From a virus (taxonomy: Duplodnaviria; Caudoviricetes): DNA of 24,232 bases. Of this stretch, positions 1-9,301 are shown piece after piece (the first letter of the stretch is position 1; the number at the start of each line of letters is the position of its first letter). The notes under the pieces were generated by a model. The model was not told the DNA's origin, did no database searches, and saw only the letters and a list, made by a program, of their open reading frames with translations. The stretch spans positions 1 through 24,232 of the IMG/VR virus record IMGVR_UViG_3300016667_000098; one strand, written 5' to 3'. The position numbers were made by a program, and so were the translations under genes.

Positions 1-3000
1 ATGACTGGTGCTAACTATGCTCACCAGTTCCTAGATGATGTAATCCGCCTACCAGATACACGTCCAATTATTGATGCTATCAATACCTACAACAAGAACG
101 TACCGTTGTATGGTAAGGCTAGAGCTGTAGCTACAACAGCTAATCAGCTTGGTGACTACTGGCGTACAGCCCAACTAGCATTCCGTGTATCTTACACAAT
201 GCGTAACATTGGTGAAATGCAGCTACGTATGTTCTTCTCAGGACACGATAGCATCTTTAATCACCCAATTCAGTTCTTGGCTATGGCTATGGCTAACCCT
301 AAGGGTACAAAGATGCAAGCACTTGCATCACGTATTGGCAAGTATCAGAACGATATCTTTGGAACTAACTTCAAAGATGACATCTCTGAGAAGCTTGTAA
401 CAGAAGCCTTAGATGAATATCTACAGTTTACTAAGCGTGGTATCAGCGCTGGTGATCCTCGTACTGCTTTCGTAGGTAAGATCTACGAAGTAGTCAATAA
501 CAATCACGAGTCATACTACAAGGGTCTTGCATTGACCCTAATGCGCTTTAACAAGGACGATTTAATGCCACTTGTGGCACGTGCTCGCACACCTGAGCTA
601 CAAGAGTCCTTAATTGAGTACCTAACCACTAAGAAGCAGGGTCTTGAAATACTAGAAAAGATCCAGCGTGGCGCTCGCACCTCTAAGGAAATCAGTGGTG
701 TTAAGGTATCTGACTTTGACAAGATAATCCTGAAGGACGTTACTAAGCCTTTCTCTAAGGATAACCTGAACGTAGAAAACATCAGAACTTACTTGTTTGA
801 TGTGAACTCTACAGCATCCTATGAATACGCTATTCAGGCTATCGGAGGCAAGGGTCCAAAGGCTGAGTACATTCGTGAGATGCTTGCTAATGGCAAAGTA
901 ACTGTTACTCAAGGTAACAAGACAATGGATATCGCTATCCCAGACTACAGCAAGTTAAAGAATGTTGTAGAGATGGATGACCTTGAGATTGGCTTCAAGT
1001 CACAGCTAGCTTCATTCTTCAAGCGTGAAGAGATGCCTGAGTCTACAGTATTGCTATCTCGTAGCAAGCGCTTTGCTGAGGGTGAGCCTAAGATGCTCAC
1101 TAAAGCAGTTGACTGGTTCTTTGACCTAAACGCTAAGTTTGAAAACCTATCAGCATTTGGTCCTGAGTTCCGTATGGCTTACTGGGATCACGTAGGTCGT
1201 TACGCTACAATGCTTAATACTGATGATCTATTGAAGCTTCAGAAGTCTGCTTTGGATACCCTAGTACCACTTCGCAAGAATGGTAAGGCTTGGGGTAAGA
1301 AACACCAGACTATCAAGATTATCGAGAAGGAACTCAAGAAGCGTGGTGACAACTACGTTCATGAGGGTGGAATTACCCTAGATAACCTTAACTCAATGGC
1401 TGCTAAAGCTGGGTCTAAGTACACTAAAGAACTATTCTACGATGCATCTCGACAGCTTCAGTCTGCTCAAGCTATGCGTCTTGTTTTCCCGTTCATCCAG
1501 GCACAGTTTAACACCATTCGTAAGTGGGGAGAACTGTTCGTATCTAACCCTGTAAACTTCTACAAGTTGGGTCGTGCGTACAATTCTCTAACTAAAGAGG
1601 GAACTAGCGCCATCTATGACATCACTGGTGTCAAGTATGATGAGGGTCAAGGCTTTATCTACGAAGATGAGTTTGGTGAGAAGCGTTTCCGTTATCCAAT
1701 TGCTGGTAGCTTTATCGGTGGTCTAGTAGGTCAAAATATTGATTCTGCTCAAGCACTACAGCTTACAGCTCCAGTACAATCACTTAACTTAGCTTTCGGT
1801 TCAGTAAACCCAGGAGTACCTGGCATTGGACCTGTTGGACAGTTTGCTTATCAAGCAAGCGGTAAGTCTGCAGCATTCGGACCTGTATGGAATACACTAC
1901 GTGATGTAGTTATGCCATTCGGTGAGCCTACAGATCCTGTTGGATCACTTGCTCCAGCATGGTTACGTAAGACTTTCTATTACCTAATCAACGATCAAAA
2001 GATGGTTGAACGTGGTGTAAAAGACTGGGCTTCATACCTAGCTTCTACTGGCGAGTATGGCGATAATCCATTGATGGATGACGCTATGAGAACTCAGCTA
2101 TTCAAAGATGCTGAAGGTATGTCTCGTGGTATTGGATTGCTATCAGCTCTATTCCAGAGCATAGCACCAGCTACACCATCTCAGGAAATCTTTGCAAAGA
2201 TACCTACCAACAAGGGTAAGGTTGACTTTGCTAGCATGACTATGCTTTACAATGCATGGGATCAGATTAGTCGTAAGCATCCTGGAGATTATTTCGCAGC
2301 AGTTCACGAATTCTCATCTCAGTTTGGCGAGCGCAACTTGCTAGCTATCCTAGGTGGTTCTACACGTACTGTTACAGGTACTAAGGATGCTTGGACATTC
2401 TTGAATATGAACCCTGAGGCAGCTGATAAGTATGCTACTAAGAACGGCGATATCGTTCCATTCTTCTTCCCTGGCGGAGAAGGTGCTACAGCATACTACG
2501 CTTGGCAGAAGAAAACAGGACGTCGCGAACCTCTAAGCACAGAAGAGTTAGCTGCAGCAGCAGAAGAACTCGTCTATAAGATGGCTAAGTCTCAGATCTC
2601 TGAGATGCAGGCTGCTATGGGTTACTCAGATGTCTGGTATGCCAATGAGATTAACAACCTCAATAAGCGCTTCGGTGGTGCTGCTCCAGCATCTAGTATC
2701 AACGTAGGTACTGATAATGAGCGTATTGCTAACGTTGCTGAGGCTCTACAAGACAAAGCGTTCCAGATGTCTCCAGTATACAACGAGACAGCTCAATTCT
2801 ATGAGAAGTATTCTCAAGCAATCGAACTACTAAAGCAAGCTCGTGTGACTGCAGAACCTGACCTAGGTAGCTCACACTGGTATGCAACTCAGCTACGCGG
2901 AGAACTACAGGAACTTGCTGACAGCTTAATGCTAGAAAATCCAGCATTTGCTCCAATGTTTTACCGTGTATTCGCAGGAACTATGAAGGCAAAGGACTAA
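1..3000 (+). CDS. Large putative internal virion (ejection) protein, probably 5'-truncated by the window
   Basis: 999-aa ORF open from base 1, predicted largely helical; lies next to two other large ORFs upstream of scaffold/MCP. Function is inferred from size and position. Confidence 0.6.
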   Translation: MTGANYAHQFLDDVIRLPDTRPIIDAINTYNKNVPLYGKARAVATTANQLGDYWRTAQLAFRVSYTMRNIGEMQLRMFFSGHDSIFNHPIQFLAMAMANPKGTKMQALASRIGKYQNDIFGTNFKDDISEKLVTEALDEYLQFTKRGISAGDPRTAFVGKIYEVVNNNHESYYKGLALTLMRFNKDDLMPLVARARTPELQESLIEYLTTKKQGLEILEKIQRGARTSKEISGVKVSDFDKIILKDVTKPFSKDNLNVENIRTYLFDVNSTASYEYAIQAIGGKGPKAEYIREMLANGKVTVTQGNKTMDIAIPDYSKLKNVVEMDDLEIGFKSQLASFFKREEMPESTVLLSRSKRFAEGEPKMLTKAVDWFFDLNAKFENLSAFGPEFRMAYWDHVGRYATMLNTDDLLKLQKSALDTLVPLRKNGKAWGKKHQTIKIIEKELKKRGDNYVHEGGITLDNLNSMAAKAGSKYTKELFYDASRQLQSAQAMRLVFPFIQAQFNTIRKWGELFVSNPVNFYKLGRAYNSLTKEGTSAIYDITGVKYDEGQGFIYEDEFGEKRFRYPIAGSFIGGLVGQNIDSAQALQLTAPVQSLNLAFGSVNPGVPGIGPVGQFAYQASGKSAAFGPVWNTLRDVVMPFGEPTDPVGSLAPAWLRKTFYYLINDQKMVERGVKDWASYLASTGEYGDNPLMDDAMRTQLFKDAEGMSRGIGLLSALFQSIAPATPSQEIFAKIPTNKGKVDFASMTMLYNAWDQISRKHPGDYFAAVHEFSSQFGERNLLAILGGSTRTVTGTKDAWTFLNMNPEAADKYATKNGDIVPFFFPGGEGATAYYAWQKKTGRREPLSTEELAAAAEELVYKMAKSQISEMQAAMGYSDVWYANEINNLNKRFGGAAPASSINVGTDNERIANVAEALQDKAFQMSPVYNETAQFYEKYSQAIELLKQARVTAEPDLGSSHWYATQLRGELQELADSLMLENPAFAPMFYRVFAGTMKAKD

Positions 3001-3001
3001 C

Positions 3002-4225
3002 GTGGCAGAAACATATAACCAAATGCGGGAAAGGCTAATCGCCTCATCCACAGCTTATGCTTCTATGGGTGCTATGGCTAACGCTAACGCTTCTAGTGCA
3101 GCTCAGTTGGCAGCCCGCATTAGAGCAGATGGTAGCTTCTACACACAGACCCTAGCTACAGCAGATCCTGTTGCTTTTAGCAACCTCGCAGCTAAGGAAA
3201 TAGATTCTCTACGTTCTCAGCAAAGAACTGACGGATTTGGTAATAACCTAAACTATCTACAGGCTTTACTACGTGCAACTGGTATGTCAAAGGGTGATAC
3301 TCCACTAGGCACATTTAGCTACGAAGATACTCAAGCTTTCCGCAAGGCTGTTGTTGAAGCACGTCTAAACGGTGTTGAATATCTGACCCTTCTAAAGGAT
3401 AACCTAGACAAGGGTGCTGCTGGCGGAACTAAGACTAAGTTCAGCAAAGAAGCTTCTACAGCTGTAAACCTTATCGACAAGTCTGATGCTAAGACTATGC
3501 TCTCTAAGGCATATTACGCTGCATATGGTCAAGCTGTTCCACAATCTGAGATTGATCGTTTCATGAATAAGTTCAATGCTCGCGCCAAGAAAGAAGCTGT
3601 AACTACCACAAGAGCTGGTACTACAACTACAAGTGCTGGTGGAGTATCTGGTAAGTCTACAACTACTACATCTGGCCTAGGCTTTACTGGTGAAGAGCAG
3701 ACTAACTTCCTAGCTAAGTACCTTCAGAAGCGTGGTGTAAAGGTTACTGAAGAGACTGGTGGAGCTGTCAAGACATTCATTGATGAGATGCGCAACACCT
3801 ACAAGAACAACAATTTAGAAGAACCTGACTTTGACATATTGGCAAATAAGGCACTTAACCTAATTGGCACAGGTGACCCTGAGCTTATCAAGCAGAAGCT
3901 TGAAGCTGAGAAGCAAAAGATCCGCAGTCAAGCTGCCAAGCTATATCCGGGTATGGCTGATGTTCTCAATAATGGTGAGGATATGAAGGACTATGCAGAC
4001 CAATACATCAAGTTTGCTAGCAGCATAACTGGTAAAACTTACGATATGAAGAATCCACTCATCAAGAAGATGATGAACTTCAAGGATGAAAAGGGCAACT
4101 ATCGCGCAGCTTCAGATAATGAAGCGTATGAGATTATGCGCGGAAGTTCTGACTGGGATCTAAGCCCTAATGGATTTAATACTTTTAGCGAAATCGGCGA
4201 TATCATCGAACGGAAGTTGGGTTAA
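3002..4225 (+). CDS. Putative internal virion protein
   Basis: 407-aa ORF; GTG start preceded by AAGGA; Thr/Gly-rich linker (TTTRAGTTTTSAGGVSGKSTTTTSG); 1 nt after the upstream stop. Confidence 0.6.
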   Translation: MAETYNQMRERLIASSTAYASMGAMANANASSAAQLAARIRADGSFYTQTLATADPVAFSNLAAKEIDSLRSQQRTDGFGNNLNYLQALLRATGMSKGDTPLGTFSYEDTQAFRKAVVEARLNGVEYLTLLKDNLDKGAAGGTKTKFSKEASTAVNLIDKSDAKTMLSKAYYAAYGQAVPQSEIDRFMNKFNARAKKEAVTTTRAGTTTTSAGGVSGKSTTTTSGLGFTGEEQTNFLAKYLQKRGVKVTEETGGAVKTFIDEMRNTYKNNNLEEPDFDILANKALNLIGTGDPELIKQKLEAEKQKIRSQAAKLYPGMADVLNNGEDMKDYADQYIKFASSITGKTYDMKNPLIKKMMNFKDEKGNYRAASDNEAYEIMRGSSDWDLSPNGFNTFSEIGDIIERKLG

Positions 4226-4228
4226 TCA

Positions 4229-6274
4229 ATGGCAGAAAAGAATAAGATAGGGCTAGATGATGTCCTAGAGGGTCTTTCTGATGTTTTAGGTATCGTTGGT
4301 ACTGCAGCTGCTCGTCGTGTCACAACACCCGTAAAAGCTGCTGTAGAGGTTGCTAAGACCCTGCCTAAGGCTCAGAAGGCTAATGAGGCTATTGCTCAGG
4401 CTAAAGCCCTTGAGAAGAAGCTAGACGCTATTCTTGACAAGCCAAAGATTACCAAGGCTGATGCTAAAAAAGCTAACGATCTTGCTGACAAGATTAACGA
4501 TAAATTAGGCGAAGCTGCAGATCTAGGTGCTAGCACCAAAAAGAATTCAACAATTTCTAAAGTCGACAATGCTGTATCAGCTAAAATTGCAGACATCAAC
4601 AAAGAAGCTGGCGTAAAAGCTAAGCCAGCTACTAAAGTTCCTGGTCCTGATGAGGCTCGTGCAGCTGCTGCTAAAGAAGAATTTACACAGAAGCCTACAG
4701 CTGGTCAAGCTGCTGGTATGGAAGCTGCTGCAAAGAAGGGTCTTAAGGATCCATTTGGATTAAAGAAGCCTACTGGAAAAACAGCAGAAGAAACTCCTGT
4801 AACACCTAAGACTACAACTAAGATTGAAGAGGGTGCAGAGCTTCCAGGTACAAAAGCCAAAGCTCCTGAGACTCCTCCTAAAAAAGAAACTTCAGAAGAA
4901 AAGCTTGCTCGCCTAAAGAAAGAGCGTGAAGAAAAAGCTGCTGCTCAGAAAGCAGAAAGAGATAAAATCTCTGCTGCTCGTAAAGCAGAAGTAGATGCAG
5001 CAAGAGCTGCAAGAGCTGCTGGTGCTGGAGCTGCTGGTGCTGCCGGTGCAGACGAAGGCGAAAATGGAGATAAGGGTAACGGTGGAACCGGAGATAACAC
5101 CGTAGATCCAAATGACATTCCTGGTGGAAATGGCAACGATGGAGATGGCACCGGCGATGGCGACAAAGGCACTGGCGATGGTGATAAGGGAACCGGCGAT
5201 GGTGACAAGGGTGACGGCGACAAGGGTAATGGCAATAAAGGCGATGGTGACAATGGTGAGGGCGATGATGATAACAAAGATGAAGAGCCTAAAGATGAGC
5301 CACCAGCCGAAGAGCCAGTAGTTGATACTTTTGACTTACGTTGGCAAATCCTAAAAGCTAAACTTCTTGCTGCAGGTCTACCCGAGACTACAGTCAATAA
5401 TAGCAGATCATACTTTGAGACTATCCTAAAGGATGCTAGATTCGCAGGTCAGCCTAATGAACTTGATGCTGTAGTAGATCAATATCTATATCTGCCTACT
5501 TACCAAGCCAAAGATGGTAGAACAATTGACTCGCCATTCTATCAAGATTTTGGTAAGTTCAATGAAAAATTAACTGCACGTAAAAAGCCAGGTGAACTTG
5601 TAGGTCTAGTTTTAGGCTATAGAAGAGTTGTTGATAAGTATGTTACTAGCGCATCAGCTAGAGAGATATTTAAGAATGATGACTCAATCACCAAGTATAT
5701 GCAGAATGACGTATCTGTGGCTGAGCTTGACGAACGTGCTAATGCTGCACGTCTACGCTCTGTAACAGCAGATCCATTCTATGTCCAATCCTTGAAGGAA
5801 CTTGGATATATCGATGATGCATCTGATCTTACAAGCTTCTTCCTAGATCCAAATGTAGGAACTAAGGCTCTTGAAGATCGTCGTACTGCTGGTGCATTTG
5901 CTACTGAAGCAGTTCGTAGAGCATCTGAATCTACAGGTATCAAGTTGGATACGGAGTTTGCTAGACAGCAAGCTGCTCGTCTAACCAACCTTGGTTACAG
6001 TGAGGCGCAGATCACACAGCTAGCAGGTCAAGGCTACGAGAATATCGCAGAGCAACTAAGACCTACTGAGAAGCTTTCAGGCATCTATGAGCGTAACCTA
6101 ACAGGTGGCGCAGCAGATGCCCAGAAGATCCAGCAAGAACTACAAGCTGAACAGTTCCTTGGAACTGCATCACAGCGTCGTAAGAAACTTGCTGAACAAG
6201 AGACCCAGGCGTTTAGAGGACAGTCTGGATTGTCAACCACAGCACTTCGTTCAGGAACGATGGGCATACTCTAA
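4229..6274 (+). CDS. Putative internal virion protein with Lys/Ala-rich N-half, Gly/Asp repeat linker and helical C-terminal domain
   Basis: 681-aa ORF 3 nt after the previous stop; low-complexity middle; Gln/Ala-rich helical C-terminus as often seen in podovirus ejection proteins (inference). Confidence 0.6.
   Translation: MAEKNKIGLDDVLEGLSDVLGIVGTAAARRVTTPVKAAVEVAKTLPKAQKANEAIAQAKALEKKLDAILDKPKITKADAKKANDLADKINDKLGEAADLGASTKKNSTISKVDNAVSAKIADINKEAGVKAKPATKVPGPDEARAAAAKEEFTQKPTAGQAAGMEAAAKKGLKDPFGLKKPTGKTAEETPVTPKTTTKIEEGAELPGTKAKAPETPPKKETSEEKLARLKKEREEKAAAQKAERDKISAARKAEVDAARAARAAGAGAAGAAGADEGENGDKGNGGTGDNTVDPNDIPGGNGNDGDGTGDGDKGTGDGDKGTGDGDKGDGDKGNGNKGDGDNGEGDDDNKDEEPKDEPPAEEPVVDTFDLRWQILKAKLLAAGLPETTVNNSRSYFETILKDARFAGQPNELDAVVDQYLYLPTYQAKDGRTIDSPFYQDFGKFNEKLTARKKPGELVGLVLGYRRVVDKYVTSASAREIFKNDDSITKYMQNDVSVAELDERANAARLRSVTADPFYVQSLKELGYIDDASDLTSFFLDPNVGTKALEDRRTAGAFATEAVRRASESTGIKLDTEFARQQAARLTNLGYSEAQITQLAGQGYENIAEQLRPTEKLSGIYERNLTGGAADAQKIQQELQAEQFLGTASQRRKKLAEQETQAFRGQSGLSTTALRSGTMGIL
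5147..5224 (+). repeat. In-frame 21-nt tandem repeat encoding GTGDGDK x3 plus a partial copy
   Basis: ggcaccggcgatggcgacaaa / ggcactggcgatggtgataag / ggaaccggcgatggtgacaag / ggtgacggcgacaag; the full copies differ only at synonymous sites. Confidence 0.9.
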
Positions 6275-6279
6275 CAGAA

Positions 6280-6391
6280 TCCCGACATGGACCGATCGGC
6301 CCCATGCGGAGTAAAAGACCGATAGTACGAGCCAATATCCATTCCCCTGTGGATGTTGAGGCGTACGCCAACTACTAGAAAGGGAGAGTTG
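6280..6391 (+). ncRNA. Candidate cis-regulatory structured RNA upstream of the scaffold/capsid operon
   Basis: Stem CATGG(6286-90)/CCATG(6302-06); loop ATCGG(6295-99) is complementary to CCGAT(6319-23); long hairpin 6325-6366; CAACT(6369-73)/AGTTG(6387-91) encloses the SD. Confidence 0.5.
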
Positions 6392-6393
6392 CT

Positions 6394-6876
6394 ATGAGCA
6401 ACAACCGCGATAACTACTGGGATGACGAAGACGAAGATGATGACTTTACGCCATCATACGAGTCGGAAACTGACCTTGTAAAGAAACTGCGCAAGGCTTT
6501 GAAGGCTGAGCAGAAGAGAAACAAGGAACTTGAAAGTTCACTAGGTGAACTCAGTAAGTCCCAAAGAGAGCGGATTTTGAAGGACGTATTTTCGTCCCGT
6601 GGCGTAAACCCAAAGGTTGCCGCATTTGTACCATCTGACTTGGATGCTTCAGAAGAAGCTATCGCAGCTTGGTTAGACCAGAATGCCGATGTATTCGGCT
6701 TTGAAGTTCAACCACAGCAAGAAGTAAGTCAGCGTGACGTCGCAGCTTTGCGACAGATGGATGCCGTAACAAGTGGTGCTTTATCCCCCGACAAGTCTGA
6801 GGACCTAGCTTTCCGCGTGAATAACGCACAGTCCCCAGATGAAATCCTAAACCTTATCTACGGTTCACAATCGTAG
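6394..6876 (+). CDS. Capsid scaffolding protein
   Basis: 160 aa; acidic N-terminus followed by a coiled coil (LVKKLRKALKAEQKRNKELE); directly upstream of the MCP; SD AGGGAG. Confidence 0.75.
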   Translation: MSNNRDNYWDDEDEDDDFTPSYESETDLVKKLRKALKAEQKRNKELESSLGELSKSQRERILKDVFSSRGVNPKVAAFVPSDLDASEEAIAAWLDQNADVFGFEVQPQQEVSQRDVAALRQMDAVTSGALSPDKSEDLAFRVNNAQSPDEILNLIYGSQS

Positions 6877-6901
6877 CCAATTCAACCAAAAGGACAGGTA
6901 A

Positions 6902-7888
6902 ATGCCTAACTTGTATACCGCTGCTGCGTTGCCAGCAGGCCAAGCAGGTACTGTTGTAGGTGCTAACCTTGTTACACAGGCGTATGACAAGCTCGTAGAG
7001 TTCGCTCTCCGTTCAGTTCCGTCATTCCGCTCTGTAGCTGACAAGAAGCCAGCACAGCAGTCCCACGCAGGTTCATCTGTATTGTTCCAACTTTACAATG
7101 ACCTTGCAGTAGCTACCTCACCATTGACAGAAACTGTCGATCCAGATGCAGTTGCAGTTCCTGCAACCAGCACTGTTGCAGTTACTCTCAATGAGTACGG
7201 TAACTCAATCATCTCAACCCGCAAGTTGGATCTCTTCTCACTAGCTGATGTAGAGCCAGCACTTGCAAACATCGTTGCATTCAACATGAACGACTCATTG
7301 GACACAGTAGTCCGTGACGTTCTAAACGGTGGTTCACAAGTAATCCGCGAGTCCGCAGGATCACTATCCACATCTGCAGCTATCACAACAATCACCGCGA
7401 CTGACACAATCAAGTCACGCGATATCCGCTACGCAGTAGCTAAGCTACGTGCAGCAAACGTTGTGCCACGCCGTGGAAACCTATACGCATCCTACATCCA
7501 CCCAGAAGTTTCACACGATCTTCGTGCAGAAACAGGTACAGCAGGATGGCGTCAGCCACACGAGTACGTAGACACCGCTGGTATCTACGCAGGTGAGCTT
7601 GGAACCTACGAAGGCGTTGCTTTCGTTGAGTCACCACGCCTACCAAACTCACAGGCTGGTTCAGGTTCCGGTGGAACCCAGACTCGTGTGTACTCAACCT
7701 TCATCATGGGCCAGCAAGCACTTGCTGAAGCTGTTGCTGAAGAGCCACACACAGTTATCGGTCCAGTTACAGACAAGCTAATGCGTCTACGTCCTATCGG
7801 ATGGTACGGCGTACTTGGATGGAACCGCTACCGTTCAGAAGCTCTATGGCGCATCGAGACAGCATCGTCTGTCCGTCCTAACGCCTAG
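6902..7888 (+). CDS. Major capsid protein (HK97 fold, N4-gp56-like family)
   Basis: 328 aa; motifs VTLNEYGN, YIHPEVSHDLR, GELGTYEGVAFVESPR, IGWYGVLGW; codon usage looks strongly biased; follows the scaffold and is followed by a hairpin. Confidence 0.9.
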   Translation: MPNLYTAAALPAGQAGTVVGANLVTQAYDKLVEFALRSVPSFRSVADKKPAQQSHAGSSVLFQLYNDLAVATSPLTETVDPDAVAVPATSTVAVTLNEYGNSIISTRKLDLFSLADVEPALANIVAFNMNDSLDTVVRDVLNGGSQVIRESAGSLSTSAAITTITATDTIKSRDIRYAVAKLRAANVVPRRGNLYASYIHPEVSHDLRAETGTAGWRQPHEYVDTAGIYAGELGTYEGVAFVESPRLPNSQAGSGSGGTQTRVYSTFIMGQQALAEAVAEEPHTVIGPVTDKLMRLRPIGWYGVLGWNRYRSEALWRIETASSVRPNA

Positions 7889-7942
7889 TTAGTTGATTGA
7901 CTGCCAGGCAGGGGAAACCCTGCTTGGTGGTGAGTTCACTAA
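7889..7942 (+). terminator. Strong hairpin after the MCP (terminator without U-tract, or mRNA stabiliser/attenuator)
   Basis: CTGCCAGGCAGGG(7901-13)-GAAA-CCCTGCTTGGTGG(7918-30); extends with two mismatches to 7889-7942; no poly-U. Confidence 0.65.
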
Positions 7943-7951
7943 GGAGGACTT

Positions 7952-8203
7952 ATGCCGTTTTACTTTACACCACCAACTGTAGCTGAAGGTCCAGCAGGTG
8001 AGAACATCCTGCACTACAGATACAAGTTGGACAGAGGAATTACTGTAATCAAGGAAGGCGGAGTATTCCGTGAAGAACGTTTTCCGTATGCTGAAGATCT
8101 GGCTAATGCTGACCTGTATTACTTGGGTGGTCACCGTTATGAGATATCAGCTGCAGAAAAGGCAGCGCTAGAAGCTGCGGGGTACACAGTAGAAACTGTC
8201 TAG
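7952..8203 (+). CDS. Small hypothetical virion-region protein
   Basis: 83 aa; strong SD AGGAGG. Confidence 0.75.
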   Translation: MPFYFTPPTVAEGPAGENILHYRYKLDRGITVIKEGGVFREERFPYAEDLANADLYYLGGHRYEISAAEKAALEAAGYTVETV

Positions 8204-8210
8204 GGGGAAT

Positions 8211-8480
8211 ATGTTACACAGAAAGACACATCCTGTAGATGTAGAGGGATGCTTTGGATGCAAGATCCTTGGCTTAAACCTCAGCGCAGGGGAGGCATCA
8301 AGTCGAGTTCCTATGACCACTAAGAAGTGGGATGCTGAACTTCAGGCTTATAGGGATGCTAGAGCACAAGGAATTCAACCGTCATCAACTCGTATGCGAG
8401 ACATACAGACAGCGGTTGAGGTAAGCAACAGAGCAGGGAAAGCGTTCAAAGCGGACGATTCAACAGGAGGGTTAATTTAA
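8211..8480 (+). CDS. Hypothetical protein with His/Cys (HxxxH...CxxC) motif
   Basis: 89 aa; HRKTHPVDVEGCFGC; purine-rich SD; stop overlaps the next ATG. Confidence 0.7.
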   Translation: MLHRKTHPVDVEGCFGCKILGLNLSAGEASSRVPMTTKKWDAELQAYRDARAQGIQPSSTRMRDIQTAVEVSNRAGKAFKADDSTGGLI

Positions 8481-8632
8481 TGCCAATGGTTAGCGGAAAG
8501 AAGTTCCCTTACACAGCTAAGGGCAAGAAGGCAGCCAAGATGTACGCAAAGGCTGAGAAAATGGAAGAAAAAGCCACAATGATGAAGATGGCCAAGAAGA
8601 AGGTTGTTAAGAAGAAAGCGAAGAAGAAATAA
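8480..8632 (+). CDS. Lys-rich basic microprotein (50 aa, not in ORF track)
   Basis: MPMVSGKKFPYTAKGKKAAKMYAKAEKMEEKATMMKMAKKKVVKKKAKKK; SD AGGAGG; TAATG coupling at both ends. Confidence 0.8.
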   Translation: MPMVSGKKFPYTAKGKKAAKMYAKAEKMEEKATMMKMAKKKVVKKKAKKK

Positions 8633-8844
8633 TGGCGATGCGTAAATCTTTCTACGATGTTACCAGCTATGGTGCTACTCAGAAGTCAGCTACTAGCTTG
8701 ACTGCTCAGCAGAAGGCTGAACGCGGTCGTACTAGAGAACGCAAGATTGCCAAGATGGATCCTATCTCTAAGTCTACTGTTAGAGGCGCAGGTAGCGTTC
8801 CAGTTCCAAGCAAGAACAAGAATCCAGGTAAATTTGTACGATGA
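8632..8844 (+). CDS. Basic hypothetical protein
   Basis: 70 aa, K/R-rich; TAATG coupling upstream and ATGA overlap downstream. Confidence 0.7.
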   Translation: MAMRKSFYDVTSYGATQKSATSLTAQQKAERGRTRERKIAKMDPISKSTVRGAGSVPVPSKNKNPGKFVR

Positions 8845-9011
8845 AAAAGACAGCCAAACATCCAGGTTTCAAAGCGGTTCAGAAGAAGATCGCTCGCAAG
8901 TCAGGTGTGTCGATGGAGCGTGCTGGTGCAATCCTCGCCGCGTCATCTCGCAAGGCATCGCCTGCAGCAAAGAAGAAGAACCCACGTTTGAAGAAGGTAA
9001 AGGGTAAGTAA
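8841..9011 (+). CDS. Lys/Arg-rich basic microprotein (56 aa, not in ORF track)
   Basis: MKKTAKHPGFKAVQKKIARKSGVSMERAGAILAASSRKASPAAKKKNPRLKKVKGK; ATGA overlap at the start and TAATG at the end. Confidence 0.8.
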   Translation: MKKTAKHPGFKAVQKKIARKSGVSMERAGAILAASSRKASPAAKKKNPRLKKVKGK

Positions 9012-9301
9012 TGCCAGCCAAGAGAGATCCGAGGCTCGCTAGAGCTGGAGTCTCTGGCTTTAACAAGCCTAAACGTACTCCAAACCACCCAAAGAAGTCT
9101 CACGTAGTTGTGGCTAAAGAGGGTACACAAGTTAAAACTATCCGCTTTGGAGAACAGGGTGCCAGTACAGCTGGTAAGCCTAAAGCTGGAGAGTCACAAC
9201 GAATGAAGATGAAGCGTAAGAGTTTCAAAGCGCGTCACAGCAAGAACATTGCAAAAGGAAAAATGAGTGCCGCATATTGGGCAGATAAGGTGAAATGGTA
9301 A
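9011..9301 (+). CDS. Basic conserved phage protein
   Basis: 96 aa; motifs KTIRFGEQG, RKSFKARH and SAAYWADKVKW resemble a widespread family of small basic phage proteins (recognised from memory). Confidence 0.75.
   Translation: MPAKRDPRLARAGVSGFNKPKRTPNHPKKSHVVVAKEGTQVKTIRFGEQGASTAGKPKAGESQRMKMKRKSFKARHSKNIAKGKMSAAYWADKVKW

Noticed and set aside
4945-5397. 150-aa minus-strand Ser/Pro-rich ORF
   Set aside because: Antisense shadow of the Gly/Asp repeat in the 681-aa gene; no independent support.
8747-9007. 86-aa + strand ORF from the track
   Set aside because: The 8841..9011 frame has coupled start and stop and matches the basic composition of its neighbours.
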